A program made the position numbers and the translations under genes. A stretch of 18,055 nt of DNA. Source: Acidobacteriota bacterium. Lineage in GTDB: Bacteria > Acidobacteriota > UBA6911 > JACQSX01. The notes beneath the pieces were generated by a model. It searched no databases. It was not told where the DNA came from and was given only the letters and a program-made list of their open reading frames with translations. The stretch is taken from the NCBI GenBank assembly GCA_036507075.1, contig DASXQR010000180.1:1-18055 (forward strand), given 5' to 3'. Shown in pieces: positions 1 to 8,240 of this stretch (its first letter is position 1; the number at the start of each line of letters is the position of its first letter).

Positions 1-50
1 GCTTGGTGTCTTGGTGGTTCATTATTTTTTGAACCACCAAGACACCAAGC
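1..50. repeat. Perfect 21-bp inverted repeat built from CACCAAGA 8-mer units
   Basis: 1-21 GCTTGGTGTCTTGGTGGTTCA is the exact reverse complement of 30-50, with an 8-nt loop TTATTTTT. It may extend beyond the left window edge. Confidence 0.95.
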
Positions 51-65
51 CCAAGAACTTTGATA

Positions 66-2426
66 ATGCCATACTGGACAAGATGGACGGTTGTTATTCT
101 CATTCTTCAATCAATCTCTGGTTTGTTACTGGGGGCCTCTACAAGATCGGCGCAGTTAATATCCGGCCATGTGGCCGACAAATCAGGCAAGTCTGTTCCG
201 GCAGCCCGCGTTGATTTCAAGCCGGTCCATGCTGCACTCATTTCCACCATCTCCGATGAGAACGGCGCTTTCACCCTCGCGGTTCCGGATTTCATGGGTG
301 GAGAGCTTCGCGTTTCCAAAGAAGGTTTCGCCCCTGGAATAAAACACCTGTCCCAGGCGGATGCAACGCAGGATTTGCATTTTATACTCGACATTGCCAG
401 CTTGTCGGACGCCGTGATTGTCACGGCTTCGCGCGGTACGCGCGCGGTTTCAACTTTCGAGACACCTGCCAGCGTGACGGTGATCGGCAGCGATCAGGTT
501 TTGACGGCACCGCAGCGAAACATCGACGACATACTGCGGGCGCGGGTTCCCGGATTCTCACTCTTCCGACGAACCTCCAGCGCGGTCGCCAATCCGACAA
601 CACAAGGGGTCTCGCTGCGAGCCACGGGCGGCTCGGGATCGAGCCGGACGGCGGTGATGGACGACGGCGTACCAATGACCGATCCGTTCGGCGGCTGGAT
701 CTACTGGTCGCGCCTGCCCAGAGCGCGCGTGCAATCGCTCGAGGTGCAGCGGGGCGGTTCAAGTGACATCTACGGTTCGAGCGCGATCGGAGGCGTAATC
801 GGTGTTGAGACGCGAGCCTTGTCGGCTCAAACCCTGGTGGCTGATCTTTCCCGCGGGAATCGTGACACAGGCGATCTCAGTCTGTTCGCCTCTCATACTC
901 TGGGCGACGCCGCGTCGGGAAGTTGGGGCTTTGGATTGGCACTGGACGCGGCCACCACGGAAGGCTATATCCCCGTCGCCCGAGCCGAGCGCGGCCGCGT
1001 CGATGAAGCGGCCGGCGGCTGGCATCGCACCGGCGAAGTCACACTGGAACGGCGATTTGGCGAGAGAGGACCGTGGGGATCCGGCGCGCGCGTCTTTCTA
1101 CGCGGCCAGGTCTTCGAAGAACACCGTCAGAATGGCACGCTGCTGCAGCGTAATTCGACCGCTTCGCGCCTGCTGGTCGCGGGCGGGGAGACGATGGACC
1201 GCTATGGGGATGTATGGCGCGCTCGCCTGTACGCCGGCACGCAGGGATATGATCAGACCTTCACTTCCATTGCGCTCAATCGCGCGACCGAATCGCTGAC
1301 CCGCCTCCAGCGTGTGCCTGCCAGGCAAAAGGGAGCTTCTCTGGTCTGGTCGCGTTATTTCGTGAATCGCATCATTGGAACCGCCGGTTTTGAGGCAAGG
1401 CAGGTGCGGGGAATCAGCGACGAAATCATCTATGATGCGGCCGGCCGGCAGAGCAGCAACACCGCTTCGGGCGGCTCGCAGGAAAGTCTGGGGTTTTTCG
1501 GCAGTGTCGATGTCGTGGCCAGTCAAAAATTCCGTATCTCGGGAGGAGTGCGCGCCGATACATGGCGAAACTACCGGGCGGCGTCCGCCAGCCGTGCGCT
1601 GCTTCCCGTTCCTTCTCCCACTTTTACTCGCATTACTCAATATCCCGATCGCCGTGAAAACGCGTTTAGCCCCCGAGTCGGAATTATAGTCACTCCACTG
1701 GAACGTTTTCAGTTGCGTGCTTCCGTGGGCCGCAGCTTTCGCGCGCCCACACTCAACGAGCTCTATCGGGATTTCCGGGTGGGTAATATCCTGACCACCG
1801 GAAACCCGGATCTGAAAGCGGAAAGAGCCGGCAGCGGCGAACTGGGCGCCTTCTGGACGGACAGGCATTCCCGGGTTGCGCTCCGGGGAACCGTCTTTCT
1901 GATCCGGCTGGAGGACACCGTTTCCAACATCACGCTCACCACCACACCCACGCTGATTACGCGCCAGCGCCAGAACCTGGGCAGCACGCAGTCACGAGGG
2001 TTTGAGGCGGAAGCGGAATATCGCCCGCGCGAGGAATGGAATTTTGCTTTCTCCTATCTGCGTGCGGATGCCGAGGTCCGCCACTTTTCGGCCAATACCC
2101 GCCTGGAAGGCCTGGCGGTGCCTCAGATTCCCGGTCACAGTCTGACCTTCGAAGCCGGCTATAAGTCGCGCAGATTCGCCAGTGTCACATTCTCGGGCCG
2201 GTATGCGTCCGAAGCATTCGAAGACGATTTGAATTCTTTGAAACTCGGGTCGTTTTTTGTGCTCGACCTTCGATTGGCGCGGGCGCTGAACGGTTGGCTG
2301 GAAGCTTACATGGCCGCCGAGAATGTCTTTGATCGCGAGTACGCTGCCGGGCGGACTCCCATAGTTACCACCGGAGCCCCGCGCGGGATTCGAGCAGGGT
2401 TGAATGTGCGGCTGCCGAGTCCGTGA
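66..2426 (+). CDS. TonB-dependent outer-membrane receptor (N-terminal carboxypeptidase-regulatory-like extension, plug, beta-barrel)
   Basis: Signal peptide; ISGHVADKSGKSVPAARV extension; TonB-box-like DAVIVTASR; plug motifs (PASVTVI...VPG...DGVP...LEVQRGGSSDIYGSSAIGGVI); barrel motifs FSPRVG, GRSFRAPTLNELY, GNPDLKAE, ENVFDREY. ATG at 66 chosen over TTG at 60. Substrate unknown. Confidence 0.93.
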   Translation: MPYWTRWTVVILILQSISGLLLGASTRSAQLISGHVADKSGKSVPAARVDFKPVHAALISTISDENGAFTLAVPDFMGGELRVSKEGFAPGIKHLSQADATQDLHFILDIASLSDAVIVTASRGTRAVSTFETPASVTVIGSDQVLTAPQRNIDDILRARVPGFSLFRRTSSAVANPTTQGVSLRATGGSGSSRTAVMDDGVPMTDPFGGWIYWSRLPRARVQSLEVQRGGSSDIYGSSAIGGVIGVETRALSAQTLVADLSRGNRDTGDLSLFASHTLGDAASGSWGFGLALDAATTEGYIPVARAERGRVDEAAGGWHRTGEVTLERRFGERGPWGSGARVFLRGQVFEEHRQNGTLLQRNSTASRLLVAGGETMDRYGDVWRARLYAGTQGYDQTFTSIALNRATESLTRLQRVPARQKGASLVWSRYFVNRIIGTAGFEARQVRGISDEIIYDAAGRQSSNTASGGSQESLGFFGSVDVVASQKFRISGGVRADTWRNYRAASASRALLPVPSPTFTRITQYPDRRENAFSPRVGIIVTPLERFQLRASVGRSFRAPTLNELYRDFRVGNILTTGNPDLKAERAGSGELGAFWTDRHSRVALRGTVFLIRLEDTVSNITLTTTPTLITRQRQNLGSTQSRGFEAEAEYRPREEWNFAFSYLRADAEVRHFSANTRLEGLAVPQIPGHSLTFEAGYKSRRFASVTFSGRYASEAFEDDLNSLKLGSFFVLDLRLARALNGWLEAYMAAENVFDREYAAGRTPIVTTGAPRGIRAGLNVRLPSP

Positions 2427-2432
2427 AAACCA

Positions 2433-4226
2433 ATGATCACCACAAAGGCACAAAAGACCCAAAGACTTCTTAGTGTCCTTTGTGTCTTTGTGGTGATTTT
2501 ATCTGTTCCGAATCTCCTCGCCCGTGAACCTGTGAAGTTCCTCCAGAAATTCCGCACCTTTCATACGCCTGAGCAATTTCAGCCCTTTTCGCGCCAGGTG
2601 CGAATCTACCGGCAGCCGCGAGTCCGCATCACTGGCGGCGCCCTTTTAGTCGGATCCAAGAGAGGGATTATTTCAAAAAAGCCTGACGGGTCTTTGGAAC
2701 CGTTTCCTGCAGATCGACTTCTTCCCTGGAACGAGGTCACCGTGCTGAGCGAGCAACGGCCCGGGATTGTCTGGGTCGGAACAACACGCGGCGCGATTCG
2801 ATACGATTCCACAACCAAACCGGAGACGGTGCAGTACTTCGCGGGAAAGCGCTGGTTGCCCGATGATCGCGTTGTCGGCATCGGATTCGAAGGCAGTAAG
2901 AGTCACGTTTCGGTCTGGATTGAAACGCCTGGCGGTTTCAGCCGGATAGAATTTCTACCTGTCACGCTGGATTTTAAGGCCGAACTGTTCGAAAAGCGGG
3001 TGCGCGAGCGCCACGTGCGCCATGGACTGGTGGCGCGGTCAAACCTGCGAATACCCGGCAATCTGTCGAGCAACCAAACGACTTCCAGCGATAACGACGG
3101 CTTGTGGACCGCGATGTACGTTGCCGCAGAGTGCTTCCGCTACGTGACCACCGGCGAAGCTGCAGCCCGTAATTATGCGCGCCAGAGCATGGCGGCGATC
3201 CTGCGTCTGGAATCCATCACCGGAATTCCGGGCTTCCCGGCGCGCTCTTTCATCAAACGAGGAGTTGAAGCGCGCCCGGGCGATGGCGAGTGGCATACTA
3301 CGGCCGACGGCGATTGGGAATGGAAAGGCGATACCAGCTCGGACGAAATCGTCGGTCATTATTTCGTTTATCCTATTTACTACGATCTGTGCGCCGACGA
3401 TTCCGAGCGGGCCGAGATTCGCGCTGTCGTCAATCGCATCACTTCCCACATTCTCGATCATGGTTTTCACCTCGTGGACGTGGATGGAAAACCGACGCGC
3501 TGGGGTTGGTGGGCTCCCGATGAGATCTGGGCCGATCCGGATGAAACCGGACTGCGCGCGCTGCACCTGCTGTCGCATCTGAAGGTGGCCCATCACATCA
3601 CCGGTGAAGCCCGGTACAAAGCCGTTTACGATGAGTTGGTATCGCACCATCGCTATCATCTGCTGGCCCGAAACCAGAAAATCAACATACCCGGCCATAT
3701 CAACCACTCCGATGACGAACTGGCATTTCTTTCCTACTATCCTCTGCTTATCTACGAAACAAACCCTGAGCTGCGGAAGATTTATCTGCAAAGCCTGAAG
3801 CGAAGCTGGCGCGTCGAACGTCCCGAGCAGAATCCGTTATGGGATCTGATTTACGCTGCGATCAGTATCGAGCCGCCCGCCGGTCAATCGGAGCTTTCAC
3901 GCTGGCAGTACTCCTTCGCATCGGCCCGCAAGCCTTCCGATTTCGACGCGTCGGTTCCCATTTTCGGTCTGCAGCGGATTCCCGTTGATCTGATCGCCTG
4001 GGATGTGAGGAACTCACATCGACTCGATATCACCCGGGATCCAAGCACAGATCGATTTCGTCTCGCACAATCGCTGATAGCGCTCGCACCGGAAGAAAGA
4101 CCGATGCTCAAATGGAATGGAAATCCCTACCTTCTCGATGGAGGCGGCGGCGGCCGTGAGGAAGATGACGGCGCGTTCTTTTTGCTGCCCTATTGGCTGG
4201 GCAGGTTCCATGGAATGATTCAGTGA
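2433..4226 (+). CDS. Secreted uncharacterised protein: N-terminal beta-propeller-blade-like repeats plus a predicted helical, possibly (alpha/alpha)6-barrel, domain; putative carbohydrate-active enzyme
   Basis: 597-aa ORF starting 6 bp after the upstream stop. Propeller-like segments LPWNEVTVL...VWVGTTRGA and WLPDDRVVGI...VWIETPGGFSRI. Acidic/aromatic motifs DNDGLWT, WKGDTSSDE, NHSDDELAF and KWNGNPY...FLLPYW. The gene call is solid; fold and function are inference. Confidence 0.75.
   Translation: MITTKAQKTQRLLSVLCVFVVILSVPNLLAREPVKFLQKFRTFHTPEQFQPFSRQVRIYRQPRVRITGGALLVGSKRGIISKKPDGSLEPFPADRLLPWNEVTVLSEQRPGIVWVGTTRGAIRYDSTTKPETVQYFAGKRWLPDDRVVGIGFEGSKSHVSVWIETPGGFSRIEFLPVTLDFKAELFEKRVRERHVRHGLVARSNLRIPGNLSSNQTTSSDNDGLWTAMYVAAECFRYVTTGEAAARNYARQSMAAILRLESITGIPGFPARSFIKRGVEARPGDGEWHTTADGDWEWKGDTSSDEIVGHYFVYPIYYDLCADDSERAEIRAVVNRITSHILDHGFHLVDVDGKPTRWGWWAPDEIWADPDETGLRALHLLSHLKVAHHITGEARYKAVYDELVSHHRYHLLARNQKINIPGHINHSDDELAFLSYYPLLIYETNPELRKIYLQSLKRSWRVERPEQNPLWDLIYAAISIEPPAGQSELSRWQYSFASARKPSDFDASVPIFGLQRIPVDLIAWDVRNSHRLDITRDPSTDRFRLAQSLIALAPEERPMLKWNGNPYLLDGGGGGREEDDGAFFLLPYWLGRFHGMIQ
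2436..2497. repeat. CACAAAGR-unit inverted repeat lying inside the 5' end of CDS 2433-4226
   Basis: 2436-2454 ATCACCACAAAGGCACAAA pairs with 2479-2497 TTTGTGTCTTTGTGGTGAT (18/19 Watson-Crick, one G:T). Same family as 8170-8220 and 11790-11852. Confidence 0.92.
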
Positions 4227-4298
4227 GCGCCGAATTCCTCTCTGTCCGGATTACTCACCCTTAACCGCGAAGAGCGTCGAGGGCGCCACGAGAGCGCG

Positions 4299-4494
4299 CC
4301 GGACCGGGATGGCCCACAGTACCGCGATCCGTAAGGTCGCGGCGCGCCAGTTTGTTGTGTCACGGAACCGCGACGTTGGGCGAGCAAGCCGCGTAGCGGC
4401 GCCAGAGCTTTTGTGGCGCAATTCACCCACTCAACGCCACTCTGGCGCGCCGCAACCTTACGGATTGCGGTACTGTGGGCCAGCTCCGGTCCGG
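4299..4494. repeat. REPIN-like doublet: two inverted copies of a REP-like hairpin unit around a 91-nt spacer
   Basis: 4310-4350 and the reverse complement of 4442-4482 match at 39/41. Flanks CCGGACCGG / CCGGTCCGG extend the pairing. Each arm has the internal hairpin CCGCRA-T-CC-GTAA-GG-TYGCGG. Confidence 0.88.
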
Positions 4495-4631
4495 GGGTCT
4501 GTCGCTTCGGTGAAGCCAATTTTCTGCCGTTCCCGGGGTCGGTGAGATATACTTCCCTCGGATTCACAGCACAATCCAAAATACCGTAGAAAATCCAAAA
4601 TTTAGAATTGCGCAGGCTCCGGCGGCCCGCG

Positions 4632-4647
4632 CGGACGTTCATTTGCA
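4632..4647 (+). promoter_or_regulatory. Candidate sigma54-type -24/-12 motif or transcription-factor site, copy 1
   Basis: CGGACGTTCATTTGCA has GG-N10-GC spacing with TTGCA and shares GGACnnTCATTTGC with 4716-4731. Confidence 0.3.
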
Positions 4648-4715
4648 GGAATGAACCCTCTGAAAAACTTGGGTTTATACTCGCGACAGGGCGATCTTAG
4701 CCGCCGCCCCCGTCG

Positions 4716-4731
4716 TGGACTCTCATTTGCT
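4716..4731 (+). promoter_or_regulatory. Candidate sigma54-type -24/-12 promoter of the transporter cluster, copy 2
   Basis: TGGACTCTCATTTGCT matches TGG-N8-TTGCW, about 60 bp upstream of ATG 4793. It lacks the CAC of the TGGCAC consensus. Confidence 0.4.
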
Positions 4732-4792
4732 TACGCAAACGCAAAGCTAAAAGCCAATAGGACTTAAACAAACCCACCCTAGGGAGAAATGA

Positions 4793-7700
4793 ATGGCCCG
4801 ACGCTATAGATCGATTTTCACGCGTTTCGGTTTTCAAGCGATTGTACTCGTAACCCTCACCGCACTGGCCTACGGCCAAACCATTGTCGGCCGCATATCC
4901 GGCACCGTCAAAGACACCTCGGGCGCAGTAATTCCAGGCGTCACCGTCACGGTTATTAATGAGGCGACTAGAATTGCGCGCTCCGGCGTGACCGACGACT
5001 CCGGTTTTTATGTGGTGACAAACCTCCCGGCCGGCAATTACACGGTCGCCGCCGAGCTTCCCGGCTTTAAGCGCGTGGAGAAGACCGGCTTCGATCTGGT
5101 TGCCGACGGGCGCCTCACGGCCGACTTTACACTTTCACCCGGCGAGATAAGCAGCACGGTCGAAGTGATTGCCATCAGCGGCGAAACTGTCAACACCACT
5201 TCCGGCGAAGTGGCGCGCGTTGTCGACCGCGAGCAGGTCGAGAACCTGGCGCTCAACGGGCGCAATTACCTGCAGCTCGCTTCCCTGATTCCCGGCGCGG
5301 TTCTGCTCGATGAAGATCAGATGGAGCTTTCTGTGAGCCTCAGCATCGCGCAGCAGGCGATTAACGGCAACCGCGGCAACAGCAATAATCTGAGCGTCGA
5401 CGGCGGCTTCAACATGGATTCGGGAAGCAACGGCAGCCAGATCAACAACGTCGGCATCGATTTCATCCGCGAAGTCAACATCAAGACGTCAAATTTTTCG
5501 GCTGAATATGGCCGGAATTCCGGCGCCGCGGTCAACGTCGTCACGCGCAGCGGCGAAAATCGATATCACGGCGGGCTGTTTGATTTCTTTCGCAATGACG
5601 CGCTTGACGCGCGATCGTTTTTTGCGCCCGTAAGAGGCGTGCTTCGCTACAACGACTACGGATGGAATGTCGGCGGTCCGATTAAAGAAAAGAAGTTTTT
5701 CTTTTTCGGGGGGCAGGAATGGAAAACAATCCGCCGCGCCACCAACCCGTCCCGGGTAACCCTGCCCACACGGGCGGAGCGGGCCGGCGATTTCAGCGCC
5801 CGCAGCGGCAACCTGCGATTCCCTGGTACCACCACCAGCATTCCCAATCGCAACGTCGCTTCGATGATTACGCCCGACGGGCGCGCCATCGCAGCCGTCT
5901 ACACGCAGATGGAGAAACTGGCCAGCCGTTACGTCGACACTCCCACGGCCAACAATGCCATCTTCCAGGTGCCCACGCCGTTCGACGTTCGCCAGGACAT
6001 CGTCCGCCTCGATTATCACTTCAGCGAAAAGGTCACTTTCTTCGGTCGTTACATTCATGACGGCTACGACCTGATCGATGCCTTCGGAACATTCTCCAGC
6101 TCGAACCTTCCCACCACGCCCACAAACCGGCTGCGTCCAGGAACAAGCTATCAGGCCGGAAACACATGGATCATTTCGCCGCGACTGATCAATGAATCGA
6201 AAGTAAATGCCTCCTGGAACGGCCAGCGCATTCCTCCGGTGGGGGAGACCTGGAAGCGCTCGACGTATAATTTCACGTATCCGCAGTTGTTCCGGGGCGG
6301 CGTTTACGACGAGAACGGCATTCCGGACGTCGCCATCACCGGCTTTGCCAATTTCAAGGGCCCCTCATTCTCGCTGCTGTCGCCCACGACCGACATCGCG
6401 TTCACCGATAATCTGACCATTCTTCGCGGCGCGCATTCGCTCAAGACCGGCGTGCTGATCGCGCGCAACCGAAAGGATCAGAACGGGCGCTCCAGCTACA
6501 CGGGCGATGCAAGCTTCAGCACCGGCGGTAACACCAACACGACCGGCAATGCGTTCGCCGACGCGCTGCTGGGCAATTTTCGAAGCTACAACGAAGCCGC
6601 CAGTGATCCGGTCGGGTTTTTCCGCTTTAACCAGATGGAGGCCTACCTGAGCGACAGCTGGAAGGTGCACCGGCACCTGAACCTGGAGCTCGGAGCGCGT
6701 TATTATTTCGGAACACCGATTTTCACGCAGGCAAACAACATCGCCAACTTTGACCCGAGCCGATATGACCCTGCCAAAGCAGTCACCGTGACAGCATCCG
6801 GCAACGTCGTCCCCGGATCGGGAAATCTTTACAACGGGATCGTGCGTGCAGGAAACGGCGTTCCTCAAAAAGAGCTGGGACGCGTCCCCAATGGGGACAG
6901 CGCGGTTGTTCTCGCTGTTCCGGCCGGCGCTCCGCGCGGCCTGTACCGAAACTTTAATTTTCTGGCCCCCAGGTTTGGGTTTGCCTGGACGCCTTTTGGC
7001 GGCAACAAGACCTCGATCCGGGGCGGATTCGGAATGTTTACGGATCGTTCGGAAGGAAACGTGGTGTTCTCGCAGTTGAATCTGCCGCCCTACTCGGACA
7101 GCGCCAACGTGGAAAACGGCAATCTGGGCAATCCGGCCGCCGCCAAAGCAGCGGCGCTGGTGCCTCTGGGCACGATAAACGCCATCGATCCAAATCTGAA
7201 AGTGCCTTACACAATGAGCTGGAGCCTGAGCGTGCAGCGCGAGCTGCCCAGAGGGTTCTTCGGCGAAGTGGCGTACGTTTCCAACCAGGGACGTCACCTG
7301 CTGCGCCAGCCCGACATCAATCAGCCTACGTTCCAGGCGCTGGTGGACAACGCCGCGCTGCCTTCAGCGCAGCGAGCCAATACCAATGCGCTGCGGCCAT
7401 ACAAGGGCTACTCGCAAATCCGAATGCGGCTCTCCGATTCCACTTCCAGTTACCATTCACTGCAGGTATATACGACCAAGCGCAAAGGCGATCTTACAAT
7501 GACGACCAGCTACACCTGGTCGAAGGTGCTGGCCGACACCAGCGGCAACGGCGACAATCCCGAAGAGCCCGGCAATCGCAGTTACAGCCGGGGCCATGCC
7601 AGTTTTGACCGCCCGCATATTCTTGTTGTCACATATCATTACAGCCTGCCGTTCTTCAGACGCGCGGCTGTTTTGCAACGCTCGCTTCTGGGCGGCTGGG

Positions 7701-8161
7701 AGGTCAGCGGCATCACGCGATTTCAATCGGGGGGATGGGCTACTGTCACCGCCAACACATCGATCGGTTCTCGACGGGCCGACTATCTGGGGCTTCCGAT
7801 AGTGCTGCCCAAAGATCAGCGCGGCCCGAACGGCTGGTTCAATATCGCCGCATTTGCTCCCGCCCCGGACACGCGCCGCGGAACCAGCTCAGTAAACAAC
7901 GTGCAACTGCCGGCGATGCAGTTGTGGGATATTTCCGCGCGGAAGGTGTTCCGGTTCGGCGAGCGCAAACGACTGCAGTTTCAGGCCGACATGTTCAATG
8001 CTCCCAATCACACGACCCTCAGGAATCTGAGGACCAGCTACGGCAACGCGGTCGTCGATGCGACGACAGGCGCGATCCGGCCATCGACTCAGGATTTCTC
8101 AACGCTTGGCACGGCCGGACCGGGCCGGAATATTCAGTTAGCTTTGAAGTTTAATTTTTGA
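4793..8161 (+). CDS. Oar-like TonB-dependent transporter with N-terminal carboxypeptidase-regulatory-like domain (paralogue 1)
   Basis: RBS GGGAG at 4782-4786; signal peptide ending AYG-Q; ISGTVKDTSGAVIPGVTVTV; LNGRNYLQL; FSAEYGRNSGAAVNVVTRSG; DSWKV...LNLELGARY; APRFGFAW; C-terminal RNIQLALKFNF with terminal Phe. Confidence 0.95.
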   Translation: MARRYRSIFTRFGFQAIVLVTLTALAYGQTIVGRISGTVKDTSGAVIPGVTVTVINEATRIARSGVTDDSGFYVVTNLPAGNYTVAAELPGFKRVEKTGFDLVADGRLTADFTLSPGEISSTVEVIAISGETVNTTSGEVARVVDREQVENLALNGRNYLQLASLIPGAVLLDEDQMELSVSLSIAQQAINGNRGNSNNLSVDGGFNMDSGSNGSQINNVGIDFIREVNIKTSNFSAEYGRNSGAAVNVVTRSGENRYHGGLFDFFRNDALDARSFFAPVRGVLRYNDYGWNVGGPIKEKKFFFFGGQEWKTIRRATNPSRVTLPTRAERAGDFSARSGNLRFPGTTTSIPNRNVASMITPDGRAIAAVYTQMEKLASRYVDTPTANNAIFQVPTPFDVRQDIVRLDYHFSEKVTFFGRYIHDGYDLIDAFGTFSSSNLPTTPTNRLRPGTSYQAGNTWIISPRLINESKVNASWNGQRIPPVGETWKRSTYNFTYPQLFRGGVYDENGIPDVAITGFANFKGPSFSLLSPTTDIAFTDNLTILRGAHSLKTGVLIARNRKDQNGRSSYTGDASFSTGGNTNTTGNAFADALLGNFRSYNEAASDPVGFFRFNQMEAYLSDSWKVHRHLNLELGARYYFGTPIFTQANNIANFDPSRYDPAKAVTVTASGNVVPGSGNLYNGIVRAGNGVPQKELGRVPNGDSAVVLAVPAGAPRGLYRNFNFLAPRFGFAWTPFGGNKTSIRGGFGMFTDRSEGNVVFSQLNLPPYSDSANVENGNLGNPAAAKAAALVPLGTINAIDPNLKVPYTMSWSLSVQRELPRGFFGEVAYVSNQGRHLLRQPDINQPTFQALVDNAALPSAQRANTNALRPYKGYSQIRMRLSDSTSSYHSLQVYTTKRKGDLTMTTSYTWSKVLADTSGNGDNPEEPGNRSYSRGHASFDRPHILVVTYHYSLPFFRRAAVLQRSLLGGWEVSGITRFQSGGWATVTANTSIGSRRADYLGLPIVLPKDQRGPNGWFNIAAFAPAPDTRRGTSSVNNVQLPAMQLWDISARKVFRFGERKRLQFQADMFNAPNHTTLRNLRTSYGNAVVDATTGAIRPSTQDFSTLGTAGPGRNIQLALKFNF

Positions 8162-8169
8162 ATGGGGAA

Positions 8170-8220
8170 TCACCACAAAGGCCACAAAGAACCTTCGTGT
8201 TCTTTGTGTCTTCGTGGTGA
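8170..8220. repeat. CACAAAGR-unit intergenic inverted repeat
   Basis: 8170-8191 TCACCACAAAGGCCACAAAGAA pairs with 8200-8220 TTCTTTGTGTCTTCGTGGTGA (one G:T, one A:C, one bulge). Confidence 0.9.
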
Positions 8221-8240
8221 AAAGAAACGGGAGGAATTCA

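Noticed and set aside
1..50. Rho-independent terminator
   Set aside because: The T-run is in the loop rather than after the stem, and the stem belongs to the dispersed CAC-core repeat family.
66..2426. Gene symbol btuB for the first receptor, or oar/susC for the others
   Set aside because: Family-level motifs do not establish orthology or substrate, and no cobalamin riboswitch or susD is visible.
4299..4494. tRNA, riboswitch or autonomous IS element
   Set aside because: No cloverleaf or riboswitch consensus that I recognise, no transposase, and no clear target-site duplication.
4220..4642. ORFs 4220-4642 (-) and 4309-4545 (+) sharing AHSTAIRKVAARQ
   Set aside because: The shared peptide comes from the inverted repeat. 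There is no RBS and no recognisable protein features.
1098..7297. Long antisense ORFs (1098-1868, 3039-3791, 6365-7297) and similar ones elsewhere
   Set aside because: These are shadow ORFs opposite well-supported genes in GC-rich DNA, with no recognisable domains.
8214..8240. GTG start at 8214 for transporter 2
   Set aside because: It lies within the palindrome arm, and the RBS GGGAGG points to ATG 8241.
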